IMG/VR virus record: IMGVR_UViG_2974644787_000001
Coordinates: 9,624 to 73,623 of that record
From: a virus
Lineage: Duplodnaviria > Caudoviricetes
DNA length: 64,000 nt
Strand: one strand, 5' to 3'
The notes under the pieces were generated by a model. It made no database searches. It was not told where the DNA came from and was given only the letters and a program-made list of their open reading frames with translations. A program made the translations under genes and the position numbers. Shown here piece after piece: positions 29,112 to 38,425 of the stretch (within the stretch, counting starts at the first letter, position 1; every line of letters starts with the position of its first letter).

Positions 29112-30257
29112 TTATTTATTAGGTTCAATCAGGAATTGCTTCACTTTATGCATTCTAAGCTCATATTTTGCTTTTTTATAAAGATCTCCTTTGATTGATA
29201 CCTTTTTTGAATCTTTGTGTGCTCCTAGTGCAGAATTGTAATCTATTTCGCTTAATTCAATAATTATTTCGGTTTTTCTGTTTTTGCTGGGAAAGATTTC
29301 ATTTAATTCTGAAGTTTTTATAGTTCCAGAAATTGTAACTGTCCTTTTCTGGTCTTTGAATGTCCTGAATAATAAATCTTTGTTTTTATCTTGAGTAGCA
29401 ATGACATATCCTTCTATGATTACATCTAATATTGGATTCTGCTCTTTTAAAGTTATAGAGGCTTGTTCTAAAATTTCATAGTTTTCCGATCTTAATATAT
29501 ATGGTTTAATAATATTTAGATTTCGTTTTTTATATAAAAATGATGCATCAAAAGTAATAGTATTGGTATCTAATTTTCTCGCTATATTCGCAAGAGCGTC
29601 ACACATGTTTGCGTTAAAACCATTTTGATAATTATTAACAATGATATTTTCATTCTTTTCTTTAATTGCATACGTTAGATTTTGAAATCCTGTAAATATA
29701 CGATCGATAACTTTTTCTTCGATTGTAATTTCGTCATCTTCAAAAAGATAACTTTCTTCTTTGCCTAGTTCAACCGAAAAACCAAAACTTCCTTTAAATG
29801 TATGTGGAAAGGATAGCTTTGATACTGTATCTTTTGCTTTTTTCGGTGCTTCCAAAAAGTAAGCAACTGGATTAAATTCAAAAGAGTATCCATAGAGAAG
29901 AAGAAAATATAGGTTGTTGATTGTTATTCGAGTTAAATTTAGTGGTATTTTATTAGTGTCTTGATTTTTATTAATTAAGGCTTTGATAACTGCAAAATAT
30001 ACGTCGATAATCTCCTTTGCAATCTCATCGATACTTTTTTTATAAATTATTGAGAGGGTTTTAAATACAGAATTTATTCTATCATTATAATCTTCATAAT
30101 TATTAGAGCGAGGGAAGACTAAGGTTACTGGTTTATTTAGCTTCTTAGGTGCTTCAAAAAAGAAAATACCCGTATTTGAGTGAGGTATTATTTTCCATCC
30201 TAATTTTTCAAGATATGATTTGATTTTATCCGCGGGTAAATTGTTGAAATTAAGCAT
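29112..30257 (-). CDS. hypothetical protein co-transcribed with the DUF4365-like gene
   Basis: 381 aa, very AT-rich, starts 2 nt after the DUF4365-like stop; motif HTFKGSFGFSVE. Confidence 0.75.
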   Translation of the reverse strand: MLNFNNLPADKIKSYLEKLGWKIIPHSNTGIFFFEAPKKLNKPVTLVFPRSNNYEDYNDRINSVFKTLSIIYKKSIDEIAKEIIDVYFAVIKALINKNQDTNKIPLNLTRITINNLYFLLLYGYSFEFNPVAYFLEAPKKAKDTVSKLSFPHTFKGSFGFSVELGKEESYLFEDDEITIEEKVIDRIFTGFQNLTYAIKEKNENIIVNNYQNGFNANMCDALANIARKLDTNTITFDASFLYKKRNLNIIKPYILRSENYEILEQASITLKEQNPILDVIIEGYVIATQDKNKDLLFRTFKDQKRTVTISGTIKTSELNEIFPSKNRKTEIIIELSEIDYNSALGAHKDSKKVSIKGDLYKKAKYELRMHKVKQFLIEPNK

Positions 30258-30259
30258 AA

Positions 30260-30790
30260 TTAAAATTCACCAATTTGAAGTTTTTCTACTAGATTCGAAA
30301 GTTCTTCTGCTGTGAGTAAGTTTTTACGTGGGATATGAAGAGTTATCTTACTATCTGTTGGTTTTCTTTCTTTATCTGTTATATCATACCAGTAGCAAGC
30401 TCGGTTAAGAATTAAGCGATCTTCGCTTACATTTAACCAACTTTTTTCATCTTCAGGTAAGCAAAATGCGATTAGAATTTGTCGGAGACTTCTATTATTA
30501 TTTAATGTAACAAATTTGTTATAAGCTTTGGTAGTAATAGTAAAGGTAATAAATTCGTCTTTGAAAACATAATTTGAAGATGCTTTTAGCTGAAAGCAAA
30601 GAGGATATCCAATTTCAGTTATTTCATTTTTTTGATTTTCATTCAATTCAACAAAAACTTTTGAAAATCTACCATCAATTCCATAATCAAAATTTGCATC
30701 ATTTATGCGAATTAATAGCCCAGCTTTTCCTGCGATGGCCTGTACATAGGATATACTTAGGCTTTCTTTTCTATGGTTTTCAGTAATCAT
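30260..30790 (-). CDS. DUF4365-like PD-(D/E)XK nuclease-fold protein
   Basis: KESLSISYVQAIA...DYGIDG...FQLKAS...ILIAFCLP...YW pattern. Confidence 0.7.
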   Translation of the reverse strand: MITENHRKESLSISYVQAIAGKAGLLIRINDANFDYGIDGRFSKVFVELNENQKNEITEIGYPLCFQLKASSNYVFKDEFITFTITTKAYNKFVTLNNNRSLRQILIAFCLPEDEKSWLNVSEDRLILNRACYWYDITDKERKPTDSKITLHIPRKNLLTAEELSNLVEKLQIGEF

Positions 30791-31011
30791 TTCTTGAAAG
30801 CCTCACAGATGCATTTTTTATATAAGACTGAAAAAATCATTAAAATTTTTTAAATGGACTTTCTAGTGTTATCGTAAAGTCAAAGTATATTTTTTGATTA
30901 GATTTTTTAAAAATGCACATAACTCATATTACTAACACAAAACACCTTTTTGAAGAGAAAGGCCAAACTCTAGAGATTTTTTCTTTTCCAAACAATTACT
31001 ATAACGATTAT

Positions 31012-33795
31012 CTAATGCGCCTTACTTCTTCCTTTTTTTGATGGGCTTTTTATCTGCGAAGTAAGAGTATTTGTGTATTTCTCATACAGTTCAAAAAGGA
31101 ACTCAACCCTCTCGGATTCTGATTGGAATGGCTTTGACCGGTAAACCTTATCCACTGCTTTGTCCAGTTTGTTATGCGCATCCCGAAGGACTTTCGGCAT
31201 GGTTAGTGGGTCGTAGAGATCCGAAAGCGATGATTCAGGGAACTGCGCTCTGGCGTCCAAAACTGATAGAGCGAGCGATTCAATTTCTTTCTTTTGTTTG
31301 TCGGATGGATTTTCTGGCCAAGGGAAATTATTGTAAGACAATTTCACTGAGTATCTTATATCGCTTTTTAATCTACCAGATGTTAAAGAAGTCCAATTAT
31401 TATGAATTCGACTGGTCAAGAATGCAAATGTATATAAGTCGCAATTGGGGACTATCTGTAAATCATTTGCGGCAATTACATTGGAACTTAGAAAACCGAT
31501 TGGCATATAATCTCTTTTTTCAGATGAAGTTCTGGGTATTGCCAAATAATTACCACTTTTTGGTTGTCTGATTTCAGTAAAAAGATAAGGTATCTGAGCT
31601 TTTCTTTGAGTAGGTTTTTTCTTACTTGCAAGTCGAAACTCTTTTACCTTCAATAAAACGTCATGAATAAATTTACTCTTTCTTATTTCTTCTAAGTCTG
31701 CATTTTCCAGCCAGAGGCAATAACGAAACTCTTTATTTAGAAATCCCACTGCACCAAGGTACAATCTAAAATACTTCTCTGCAATTTTGTCATTTTTTAT
31801 TATTTCAATGTATTCTTCAGGTGTTACCAAAAAGTTACCGCCGTCAGCAGGTATGCTTCCATTTAAAATAGGTGGGACCTTACAAAGTGGTTTCAATCTA
31901 GGCATGATTATTGTGTTATTCCCGTTATGAAGATACGGAGAAATATTTTTCACTTTAATTAAAATTGGATCTTTTTTAATACCATCGCTATATACAAATA
32001 AACTTTTCATAGATTGATTTAGATGTTTACTAAATCCCACGATTACACAATGAACTGCAGCATTTCTTGCTGCCTCATTACTCCATTGGAAAGTTTGATG
32101 AGCAAAAGTAATTACGATTCCATTATTTAGCATCCATTTCCAAAAAAAAGGGATATGCTCTCCTTGTGAAATTGAGTTTGTAGAAACGAATGCTATTTTT
32201 ATTTCATGATTTTGTATGTAATTGATTGCTCTAATATACCAACCGCAAACATAATCTAAACTTCCGTAATTTCTTAATTGGGAACATGCAAAAGCCATAT
32301 CCGATTTTTGGGAATCACTTTGTAATTTAGATCCTGCAAAAGGAGGATTCCCCAAAATATAAGTCAATTCGTCAGGTTTTATAATTTCTTCCCATTTTAA
32401 CCGGAGAGCATTCCCTATCACTATCGTTGGTGCTTTCTTAAGTGGCAACCTAACATAATATTCACCAAACTCTTTCCCCATTTCCACATTCATTAAGTGG
32501 TCCATGATCCAAATTGCCGTTTTGGCAATTTGCGCCGGGAATTCTTCGATTTCAATTCCATATAGATGATCAACATCGAGACTATCGAGAGTTTGAATAG
32601 ATAACTCAAGACCAAGGCCTTTCAGCTTTCTGATCTCTTTTAATAAATTGATTTCTAGCCGTCGAAGCTCTCGGTAAGATAAAATTAAAAAGTTTCCACA
32701 TCCACAGGCTGGATCAAGGATTTTGATTTTCCTTATTCTTGCCAGAAGGTCTTCGAGACCTTTGATGTTCTTCTTTAAATTTAAGCTTTTAAATTCTTCG
32801 AGATGCTCATCGAGGAAAAGACCATGAATAGTTTTTAAGATATTCTTTTCGCTTGTGTAATGCGCTCCAAGCTCTCGCCTTTCGACTTTGCTCATTACAT
32901 ATTGAAATAGACTTCCGAAGATTGCTGGGCTAACAAGAGCCCAATTGAATTCGCAAGCTTGAATCAAAATATCGCGCAACTTCTGGTCGAATTGTGCAAA
33001 TGGGATCGCTTCCTCAAATAATTGACCATTAACATAAGGAAATTTTGCAAGATCTTCATCTAGGTTCGCTTGCCTTTGTTCCGTAGGAGTATTGAGCACT
33101 TGGAAAAATTGAGCAATCCATAGCCCTAAGTCACTCCCATCTAATTTGGTTCGTTCTTTTAAGAAGAAAAGAAAATCATCTTTATTGAAAATACCGGTAT
33201 CATCGGCGAAGAAACAAAACATTAAGCGAACAAGCATTAGTTTCAATGGATGTTCCTTAAATCCATTTCTTTCTAGTTCATCATGCAATTTACCCATGAG
33301 CTCAGCTGCTTTGATATTAACAGGATCTTCATCTTTATATTCTCTTTGTTCATATCCTAATAGAAAATTAAAGCGTTGAAGATGGTCGAGAAGATCGATG
33401 ATTTTGAATTCTACAGATTTTTCTTGGTCTATAAAATTTACCAATCGAAGTCTTTCAAAATCGCAAACACAAATATAGCTTGGAAGTTCTTCATCGGGTA
33501 TACCTCCTGTCAAACAGTAGTCCAATGCTTGCTTGTATGCTTTATCTAAATCCTCTCCTTTACTTTTTTGCTCTATTAGGATAGTCTTTGGCCAGAAATA
33601 GTCTATAAATCCAGTCGTTTGTCTTAGAGTTTTTGCTCTCTCTTCAAAGATCCCAACCTTTTTAGCACTAATACCCCATATATTAAAGAAATCTCGCCAG
33701 AATAATTGAGACTCCCCTTTTTCGTATTTGTCATCTTTATGGTCGTGAATAAATGAAATTGCTCTAGATTTGATTTCGTTAGGTGATAATGCCAT
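31012..33795 (-). CDS. MmeI-like type IIL restriction-modification enzyme
   Basis: 927 aa; nuclease GFIDYFWPKTILIEQKSKG, GAHYTSEKNI, LDPACGCGNF, GNPPF, C-terminal target-recognition region. Confidence 0.85.
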   Translation of the reverse strand: MALSPNEIKSRAISFIHDHKDDKYEKGESQLFWRDFFNIWGISAKKVGIFEERAKTLRQTTGFIDYFWPKTILIEQKSKGEDLDKAYKQALDYCLTGGIPDEELPSYICVCDFERLRLVNFIDQEKSVEFKIIDLLDHLQRFNFLLGYEQREYKDEDPVNIKAAELMGKLHDELERNGFKEHPLKLMLVRLMFCFFADDTGIFNKDDFLFFLKERTKLDGSDLGLWIAQFFQVLNTPTEQRQANLDEDLAKFPYVNGQLFEEAIPFAQFDQKLRDILIQACEFNWALVSPAIFGSLFQYVMSKVERRELGAHYTSEKNILKTIHGLFLDEHLEEFKSLNLKKNIKGLEDLLARIRKIKILDPACGCGNFLILSYRELRRLEINLLKEIRKLKGLGLELSIQTLDSLDVDHLYGIEIEEFPAQIAKTAIWIMDHLMNVEMGKEFGEYYVRLPLKKAPTIVIGNALRLKWEEIIKPDELTYILGNPPFAGSKLQSDSQKSDMAFACSQLRNYGSLDYVCGWYIRAINYIQNHEIKIAFVSTNSISQGEHIPFFWKWMLNNGIVITFAHQTFQWSNEAARNAAVHCVIVGFSKHLNQSMKSLFVYSDGIKKDPILIKVKNISPYLHNGNNTIIMPRLKPLCKVPPILNGSIPADGGNFLVTPEEYIEIIKNDKIAEKYFRLYLGAVGFLNKEFRYCLWLENADLEEIRKSKFIHDVLLKVKEFRLASKKKPTQRKAQIPYLFTEIRQPKSGNYLAIPRTSSEKRDYMPIGFLSSNVIAANDLQIVPNCDLYTFAFLTSRIHNNWTSLTSGRLKSDIRYSVKLSYNNFPWPENPSDKQKKEIESLALSVLDARAQFPESSLSDLYDPLTMPKVLRDAHNKLDKAVDKVYRSKPFQSESERVEFLFELYEKYTNTLTSQIKSPSKKGRSKAH

Positions 33796-33806
33796 CGGTA
33801 TGCAAA

Positions 33807-33834
33807 ATTAGAATATAGGGAACCAGTGAGTCAA
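33807..33834 (-). promoter_or_regulatory. possible sigma70-type promoter of the cargo island
   Basis: TTGACT(33834)-N16-TCTAAT, 11 nt before ATG 33795. Confidence 0.35.
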
Positions 33835-33878
33835 CCAATTTGAATAATGCTGATGCTCTCTTTATTGATTCTTTTCCG

Positions 33879-33916
33879 TTGACAAAATCAAAATAACAAG
33901 AATTTGTCCCTTCCCA
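33879..33916 (+). promoter_or_regulatory. putative late promoter copy 5
   Basis: TTGACA(33879)-N19-TTGTCC(33904)-CTTCCC-ATG(33916). Confidence 0.7.
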
Positions 33917-34605
33917 TGCCAGAATTCCCATCATATGGAAGACAATCGAAAGTTGCGTTTGCGCCACCTGGACTTGCGCAACCAAGTATTATGAATGGTT
34001 TGGAACTCGGTGAAATTGATTCTCTCAGCGGTGGACTCATGAAATACCGAGCCGACATTCGACTTTTTAATGGACAGATTCTGAAGAAAGTGCGTCTCCC
34101 AGGTCCTTACATCGGTCTTTTAGGGTTTCTTTCGGGATTCAAATTTGGATACAGAGAGGGACAGATGGTCCTTGTTGGATTTCTCCAAAATCGTAGAGAC
34201 AATCCTATCGTCATTCAGGTGTATCCTTTTGCAGCACAGACAAAAGGAAAAAGCTCGCTAATCAAACATTCTTCACAATTCGATTCTGAAGAAACATCTG
34301 TAGGCCACGAATCTGGGCATAGAACAAAATGGGACAAAGACAAAGTTCTCTTTAAAGATAAATTAGATACGACAAGAGTCCAAATCGATCACACGATACC
34401 ACCAATCCTTAACTCTCTGGAAAAAGCTGCGCAAGGCGAAACTTTGAAATCAATTCTAGAAGAAATCTGTGACGAAATCACCAAACTCACTGTTCAGTGT
34501 ACTGCCCCCGGGACTTCGAGCTTACCCCCAGATAATGCAGCCAAGTTTCTTGTGATTAAAGGAAAATTAAACACTATCCTTTCCGAGGTTTTAAAACACT
34601 ACTAA
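33916..34605 (+). CDS. baseplate central spike (gpV/gp45-like)
   Basis: OB-fold-like N-terminus (EGQMVLVGFLQNRRDNPIV), HESGH strand repeats, C-terminal TAPGTSSLPPDNAAKF typical of these spikes. Confidence 0.65.
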   Translation: MPEFPSYGRQSKVAFAPPGLAQPSIMNGLELGEIDSLSGGLMKYRADIRLFNGQILKKVRLPGPYIGLLGFLSGFKFGYREGQMVLVGFLQNRRDNPIVIQVYPFAAQTKGKSSLIKHSSQFDSEETSVGHESGHRTKWDKDKVLFKDKLDTTRVQIDHTIPPILNSLEKAAQGETLKSILEEICDEITKLTVQCTAPGTSSLPPDNAAKFLVIKGKLNTILSEVLKHY

Positions 34606-34982
34606 TGAATTTTTGGGAACACTTCGATATCGATAACGATCATTCACATAACAAAACTTTTTTGTTTGAGAAAGCAAAATCGAAAATTATGCATTCATGC
34701 GAATTTTGCTCAGATCATTGGGGCACGGTAGTGAGGCTTTTTAAAAGCCAAAGTGATTTTGAGAATTCAGACTTCTATGGCGGGGAAGATGTTGTAAAGG
34801 GGGATCCAAGAGCAAAAATCGCTGTGTGGCCAGGAAAAAATAACGTAGGTAGAGATAAAAACTCATATTGGTTATGCGCCCCTGTTCATCCCCTTTGTGG
34901 ATGCGAAATTGAAGTTGAGGAAACTTTACATGAATCCATAGAGGATCTAGAAGACTGGTATTCAACTTTAGAATGGGATTAG
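34605..34982 (+). CDS. MuF-like protein C-terminal (Cys/His) part
   Basis: HSCEFC...VWPGKNNVGR...WLCAPVHPLCGC matches the MuF C-terminal C-xx-C...HP-x-C-x-C signature. Confidence 0.55.
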   Translation: MNFWEHFDIDNDHSHNKTFLFEKAKSKIMHSCEFCSDHWGTVVRLFKSQSDFENSDFYGGEDVVKGDPRAKIAVWPGKNNVGRDKNSYWLCAPVHPLCGCEIEVEETLHESIEDLEDWYSTLEWD

Positions 34983-36487
34983 TCCATTTCCCAAGCAGCA
35001 TTTTCAATTCGCTTCCCCCACTTAACCATTGTTTCCTGAGTCGCAGTACCTGAACCAGGTCGCCAGACAACACGAACTCCAGTTACATAGAAATTAGGAT
35101 GATATTGTTTGATTTCTTTGTGCAAAGAATCGGAATATCCATCATCGTCCGTAAGTCGCATGATTTGTCCTTTGCATAATCCACGAAAGTAAAAACCAGA
35201 AAAAGAACCCGTGAATATTCTTTCGCCTGTCCCAAATGCTTCGTATAATTTCTCTTGAATTTTGAGGAGGGATGCAATATTACTGGATTGTGCACCTGGA
35301 GCTTGCAGTTCTGGAGGCATCCCTACTCCATCCATTGTAATTTGCATAACTCTTTGTCCAAATTTCGCGAGTAAAGATGGATTATATGTTACTGGATTTA
35401 ATGCGAGTCCAGTGATGGTATCTTGGATCCCGAGATTCACATGAACGCCGGAAAAAATATCCTCTTGGGATTCGGTGAGATCAAAACTGTTGAATTGAGA
35501 TTCAGGGACCTCCGAAGAGATCCCGAAATAAGGAAGGAAGAAATCGTCTTCTAACTTATCAAAGGGAGTTTTCCGAAAAACTAACCTTGCAAGTGGTAGA
35601 TCTGGCGTAAAGTCATCAGATCTAAACGAGCCAAAGCCATTTGATTTTTTTTCGATTGGTGAAGTGGTTTCGCCAGCGTAAAGAGAACAATCTTGGTCGT
35701 AATGAAAGAAAAGTTCATATAGCGGAGGTTTGGCGATTGATGCCATAAGTGACCAAATCGAAAGTGAATTCCCGAAACTCTGATTATTGATCCATTGAAC
35801 TGTATGGATAAAACCAATAGTGTATGATAGTTTATCAAATTTGTAATCGACGAGATCCCAAAAAATCTCACCACCATAGTTTCCATTGGAAAGCAGTGTT
35901 CTTATTGCAGCATCCGAAAGTGATTCTATAATTCCGCTGGGTGTTTTAGATTCAGAAATCACTTCCGAAATTATATTTAGTGCAGCTTGAATTTTAGAGA
36001 TAGGCAAATTGGAAACACTTTCCGCTGGTTGACCTACGATATTCGGGCCAGATTTGTCAAAATCGATAAATAAGGTTTGAGACTGGATACAGTCCTCCAA
36101 TCCTCCCCCAGAGACCACATAGCTTTGCTCTCCAGATACATTGCTCACATGATTGGCTGTTTTAATTCTTCCTACAAACTTAGTTTTTTTTGATTCGGTA
36201 ACTACAATGAGCTCACCTGTTCGCAAAACTTCACGAATACGAACTTTCCCTGCATAGGTAGTAATAATATTCCCAGTTGCACCTTTTGCGAGAGTCAGAG
36301 TGAAACTTCCATTATCTATGGAATCTACATAAGTAAGCGATTCAATGAATTCTCCGGGAATTTCTATTGGAGAACGCATGGCAGCGATTTCCCCTGGAGA
36401 AAGCCTTTTTGATAATCGACTTATGATATTAGGCACGAATCCAAATAGAAAAACCTGAAAATCTGGGTTTACGGCATTAACTTTCAC
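34979..36487 (-). CDS. baseplate hub protein (gp27/gp44-like)
   Basis: 502 aa; DSIDNGSFTLTL...KFVGRIK...GGGLED and LLAKFGQR patterns; flanked by baseplate genes. Confidence 0.6.
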   Translation of the reverse strand: MKVNAVNPDFQVFLFGFVPNIISRLSKRLSPGEIAAMRSPIEIPGEFIESLTYVDSIDNGSFTLTLAKGATGNIITTYAGKVRIREVLRTGELIVVTESKKTKFVGRIKTANHVSNVSGEQSYVVSGGGLEDCIQSQTLFIDFDKSGPNIVGQPAESVSNLPISKIQAALNIISEVISESKTPSGIIESLSDAAIRTLLSNGNYGGEIFWDLVDYKFDKLSYTIGFIHTVQWINNQSFGNSLSIWSLMASIAKPPLYELFFHYDQDCSLYAGETTSPIEKKSNGFGSFRSDDFTPDLPLARLVFRKTPFDKLEDDFFLPYFGISSEVPESQFNSFDLTESQEDIFSGVHVNLGIQDTITGLALNPVTYNPSLLAKFGQRVMQITMDGVGMPPELQAPGAQSSNIASLLKIQEKLYEAFGTGERIFTGSFSGFYFRGLCKGQIMRLTDDDGYSDSLHKEIKQYHPNFYVTGVRVVWRPGSGTATQETMVKWGKRIENAAWEMD

Positions 36488-38328
36488 TCAATTAAGCCTC
36501 TAACTCTTCTTAACTTAAATGATTTGAAATCGCCAATTGGATTCACCTTCACAATGTATGAGATTGCATCGGAATCTATTGAGAATTCCACAATATCGGC
36601 AGTTTGGACACCCAAGTCAGATTGTATATCGTCGAGAATTTTTTTCGGTATAACCAAATTGAGAAAATCGTCAGGCACAGATCCTGGTTTGGGAAGAGCT
36701 CCGATATCAGGATGCATTGGGATCTGACCAGGAAGAATTCGCATTTTATCAAGAAGCCCATCAACTAAACAGTCGATCCCTTTTGACGTGCCTATATCTC
36801 CCCCTTTGGTCTCGATATCTCGATCGGCTTTTAATGCTATGTCCTCACCAAACAAGAATTCTTCGAGTAATTCCTGAGTTTTTGAATTGGATAAATTGTT
36901 AAAAAGAAATCTTTCAAGATAAACTCCCGTATCCCTTTGGTTATATGTCACACTTGTTGGAACCTTAATTGACATTCCAATTATTTCTTCATTTGATTTT
37001 CCAATGAGTCTCGGGTCATTTTGGATGAGTAAATCTATTCTATCTGGAGAACCAAAGTATTTCCTCGCAAGAATTTCAAGTGTCTCACCCGGTTTTACTT
37101 TAATGTATGAGGAATTCTGAGCCAAATTTTCATTATTTGCGAGCATTAAGATGGTAGAAATAGTCCCAAGTGCAATCTGAATATTTAGAACAGATAAAAC
37201 AGCGGGATCTACAGCTGCTTCAATTTCGAAATCACTTACTGCTCCAGATGTAAGAACATTATCTAAAACTGAATTCGGAATTTCTTGCGCGTCAATCTCG
37301 GATTGTGAACTTGTTGTGCTTACTGGCACGATCGGTATATCAAGAGCTCCAATAGATGGGACGGTTTGATTCGGGAATAGAGATTGCATGAGTAATTCTT
37401 GAAACTGATTTGTCTTTTTCTTTAGTGGCCCACCTGCTTTGGAGATTGCGCGAAGTGATTCTTTGTTTGTCGCTTCGAAAGATTTTAGAGCATCTTTCAT
37501 TCCTTCTGCTAAATTGGCAATATCGGAATATAGTTCAGTAATCCCTTTCAGGTAACTAAGCGGCCCAGATAAATCAGAAAGAAATTCTTCAAAAGTAACC
37601 AATACACCTGAAACCATTTGTTTAAGGTCTGGGAGTGGGGCTCGCCGATTCTTACCTCGGCCAGACTCATCTTTTACTCCGATGAAATTTAGATTCCAAT
37701 ACCAAGTATGGGGATCTTCTTTTGATTGTGATATTTTGAATCCATTCTTATCGAAAGCAACTTCCCAATGCGAATCACGGTCATAGTCATGAAAAATCAT
37801 CTGGATCTCTTCCGAGTTAAAAGATTCCGTACCAAATGCAGATGCCACACTATATATATCAAAAGCATTTGGATAAAATGAACTGAAAGTCGGAACTCTA
37901 GATTTGAATTTTTCTTTTTCGCGAGCTTCCTGCATAAGGTATACCAAATCAAAGAAGTCTAAATAACCTGCCTTTTTAACGGGATTTAAATCTTCCAATT
38001 CTCCAAGAAGTGCATTCCCTACGCCTGCCAATCCTGGCATCGGTTTCCTAACTGGTTTCCCCGTATAATGCGCGTATATTTCTCCAGATAAGTTTATTTG
38101 GGAAATTCCATTCCCATTATCGACTACTTGCGCACCATTGTATGTCGGTGTCACAGAAACATTATAAGTGAATGTATGATCCATTCGGGAAAGGCCAAGT
38201 AGAAAGAAATACTCTCCCAAAGAGATATTAGGTCCGTATTTGACACGGGATAGAAATTCTACTGAATAAGCACCTGTGGCAGAATAACCACCAGTGTTAT
38301 TTGTTACGCTCGTCGCAAGAGATCCCAT
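36484..38328 (-). CDS. fused tube-initiator + LysM + gp25-like baseplate wedge protein
   Basis: LysM YIKVKPGETLEILARKYFGSPDRIDLLIQND; gp25-like GDIGTSKGIDCL...PGQIPMHPDIG; N-terminal initiator-like region. Confidence 0.65.
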   Translation of the reverse strand: MGSLATSVTNNTGGYSATGAYSVEFLSRVKYGPNISLGEYFFLLGLSRMDHTFTYNVSVTPTYNGAQVVDNGNGISQINLSGEIYAHYTGKPVRKPMPGLAGVGNALLGELEDLNPVKKAGYLDFFDLVYLMQEAREKEKFKSRVPTFSSFYPNAFDIYSVASAFGTESFNSEEIQMIFHDYDRDSHWEVAFDKNGFKISQSKEDPHTWYWNLNFIGVKDESGRGKNRRAPLPDLKQMVSGVLVTFEEFLSDLSGPLSYLKGITELYSDIANLAEGMKDALKSFEATNKESLRAISKAGGPLKKKTNQFQELLMQSLFPNQTVPSIGALDIPIVPVSTTSSQSEIDAQEIPNSVLDNVLTSGAVSDFEIEAAVDPAVLSVLNIQIALGTISTILMLANNENLAQNSSYIKVKPGETLEILARKYFGSPDRIDLLIQNDPRLIGKSNEEIIGMSIKVPTSVTYNQRDTGVYLERFLFNNLSNSKTQELLEEFLFGEDIALKADRDIETKGGDIGTSKGIDCLVDGLLDKMRILPGQIPMHPDIGALPKPGSVPDDFLNLVIPKKILDDIQSDLGVQTADIVEFSIDSDAISYIVKVNPIGDFKSFKLRRVRGLIE

Positions 38329-38367
38329 TGGGGAATGGACAAAGCATCCATTCCCTCAGAAAATCAA
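38328..38367 (-). promoter_or_regulatory. putative late promoter copy 6 (minus strand)
   Basis: TTGATT(38367)-N19-TTGTCC(38342)-ATTCCC-CA-ATG(38328). Confidence 0.6.
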
Positions 38368-38387
38368 CTCATTTACATCAAAAATGC

Positions 38388-38425
38388 TTGCAAAATGAGT
38401 CCATTACTTCCCTTGTCACTTCCCA
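38388..38425 (+). promoter_or_regulatory. putative late promoter copy 7
   Basis: TTGCAA(38388)-N19-TTGTCA(38413)-CTTCCC-ATG(38425). Confidence 0.7.

Noticed and set aside
28943-29128. 61-aa minus-strand ORF
   Set aside because: Overlaps the upstream gene end, has no SD and no recognisable features; probably spurious.
31071-31571. 166-aa + strand ORF and many similar short ORFs (e.g. 17874..18401, 43510..43941, 56719..57168)
   Set aside because: Antisense or alternate-frame shadows of well-supported long genes.
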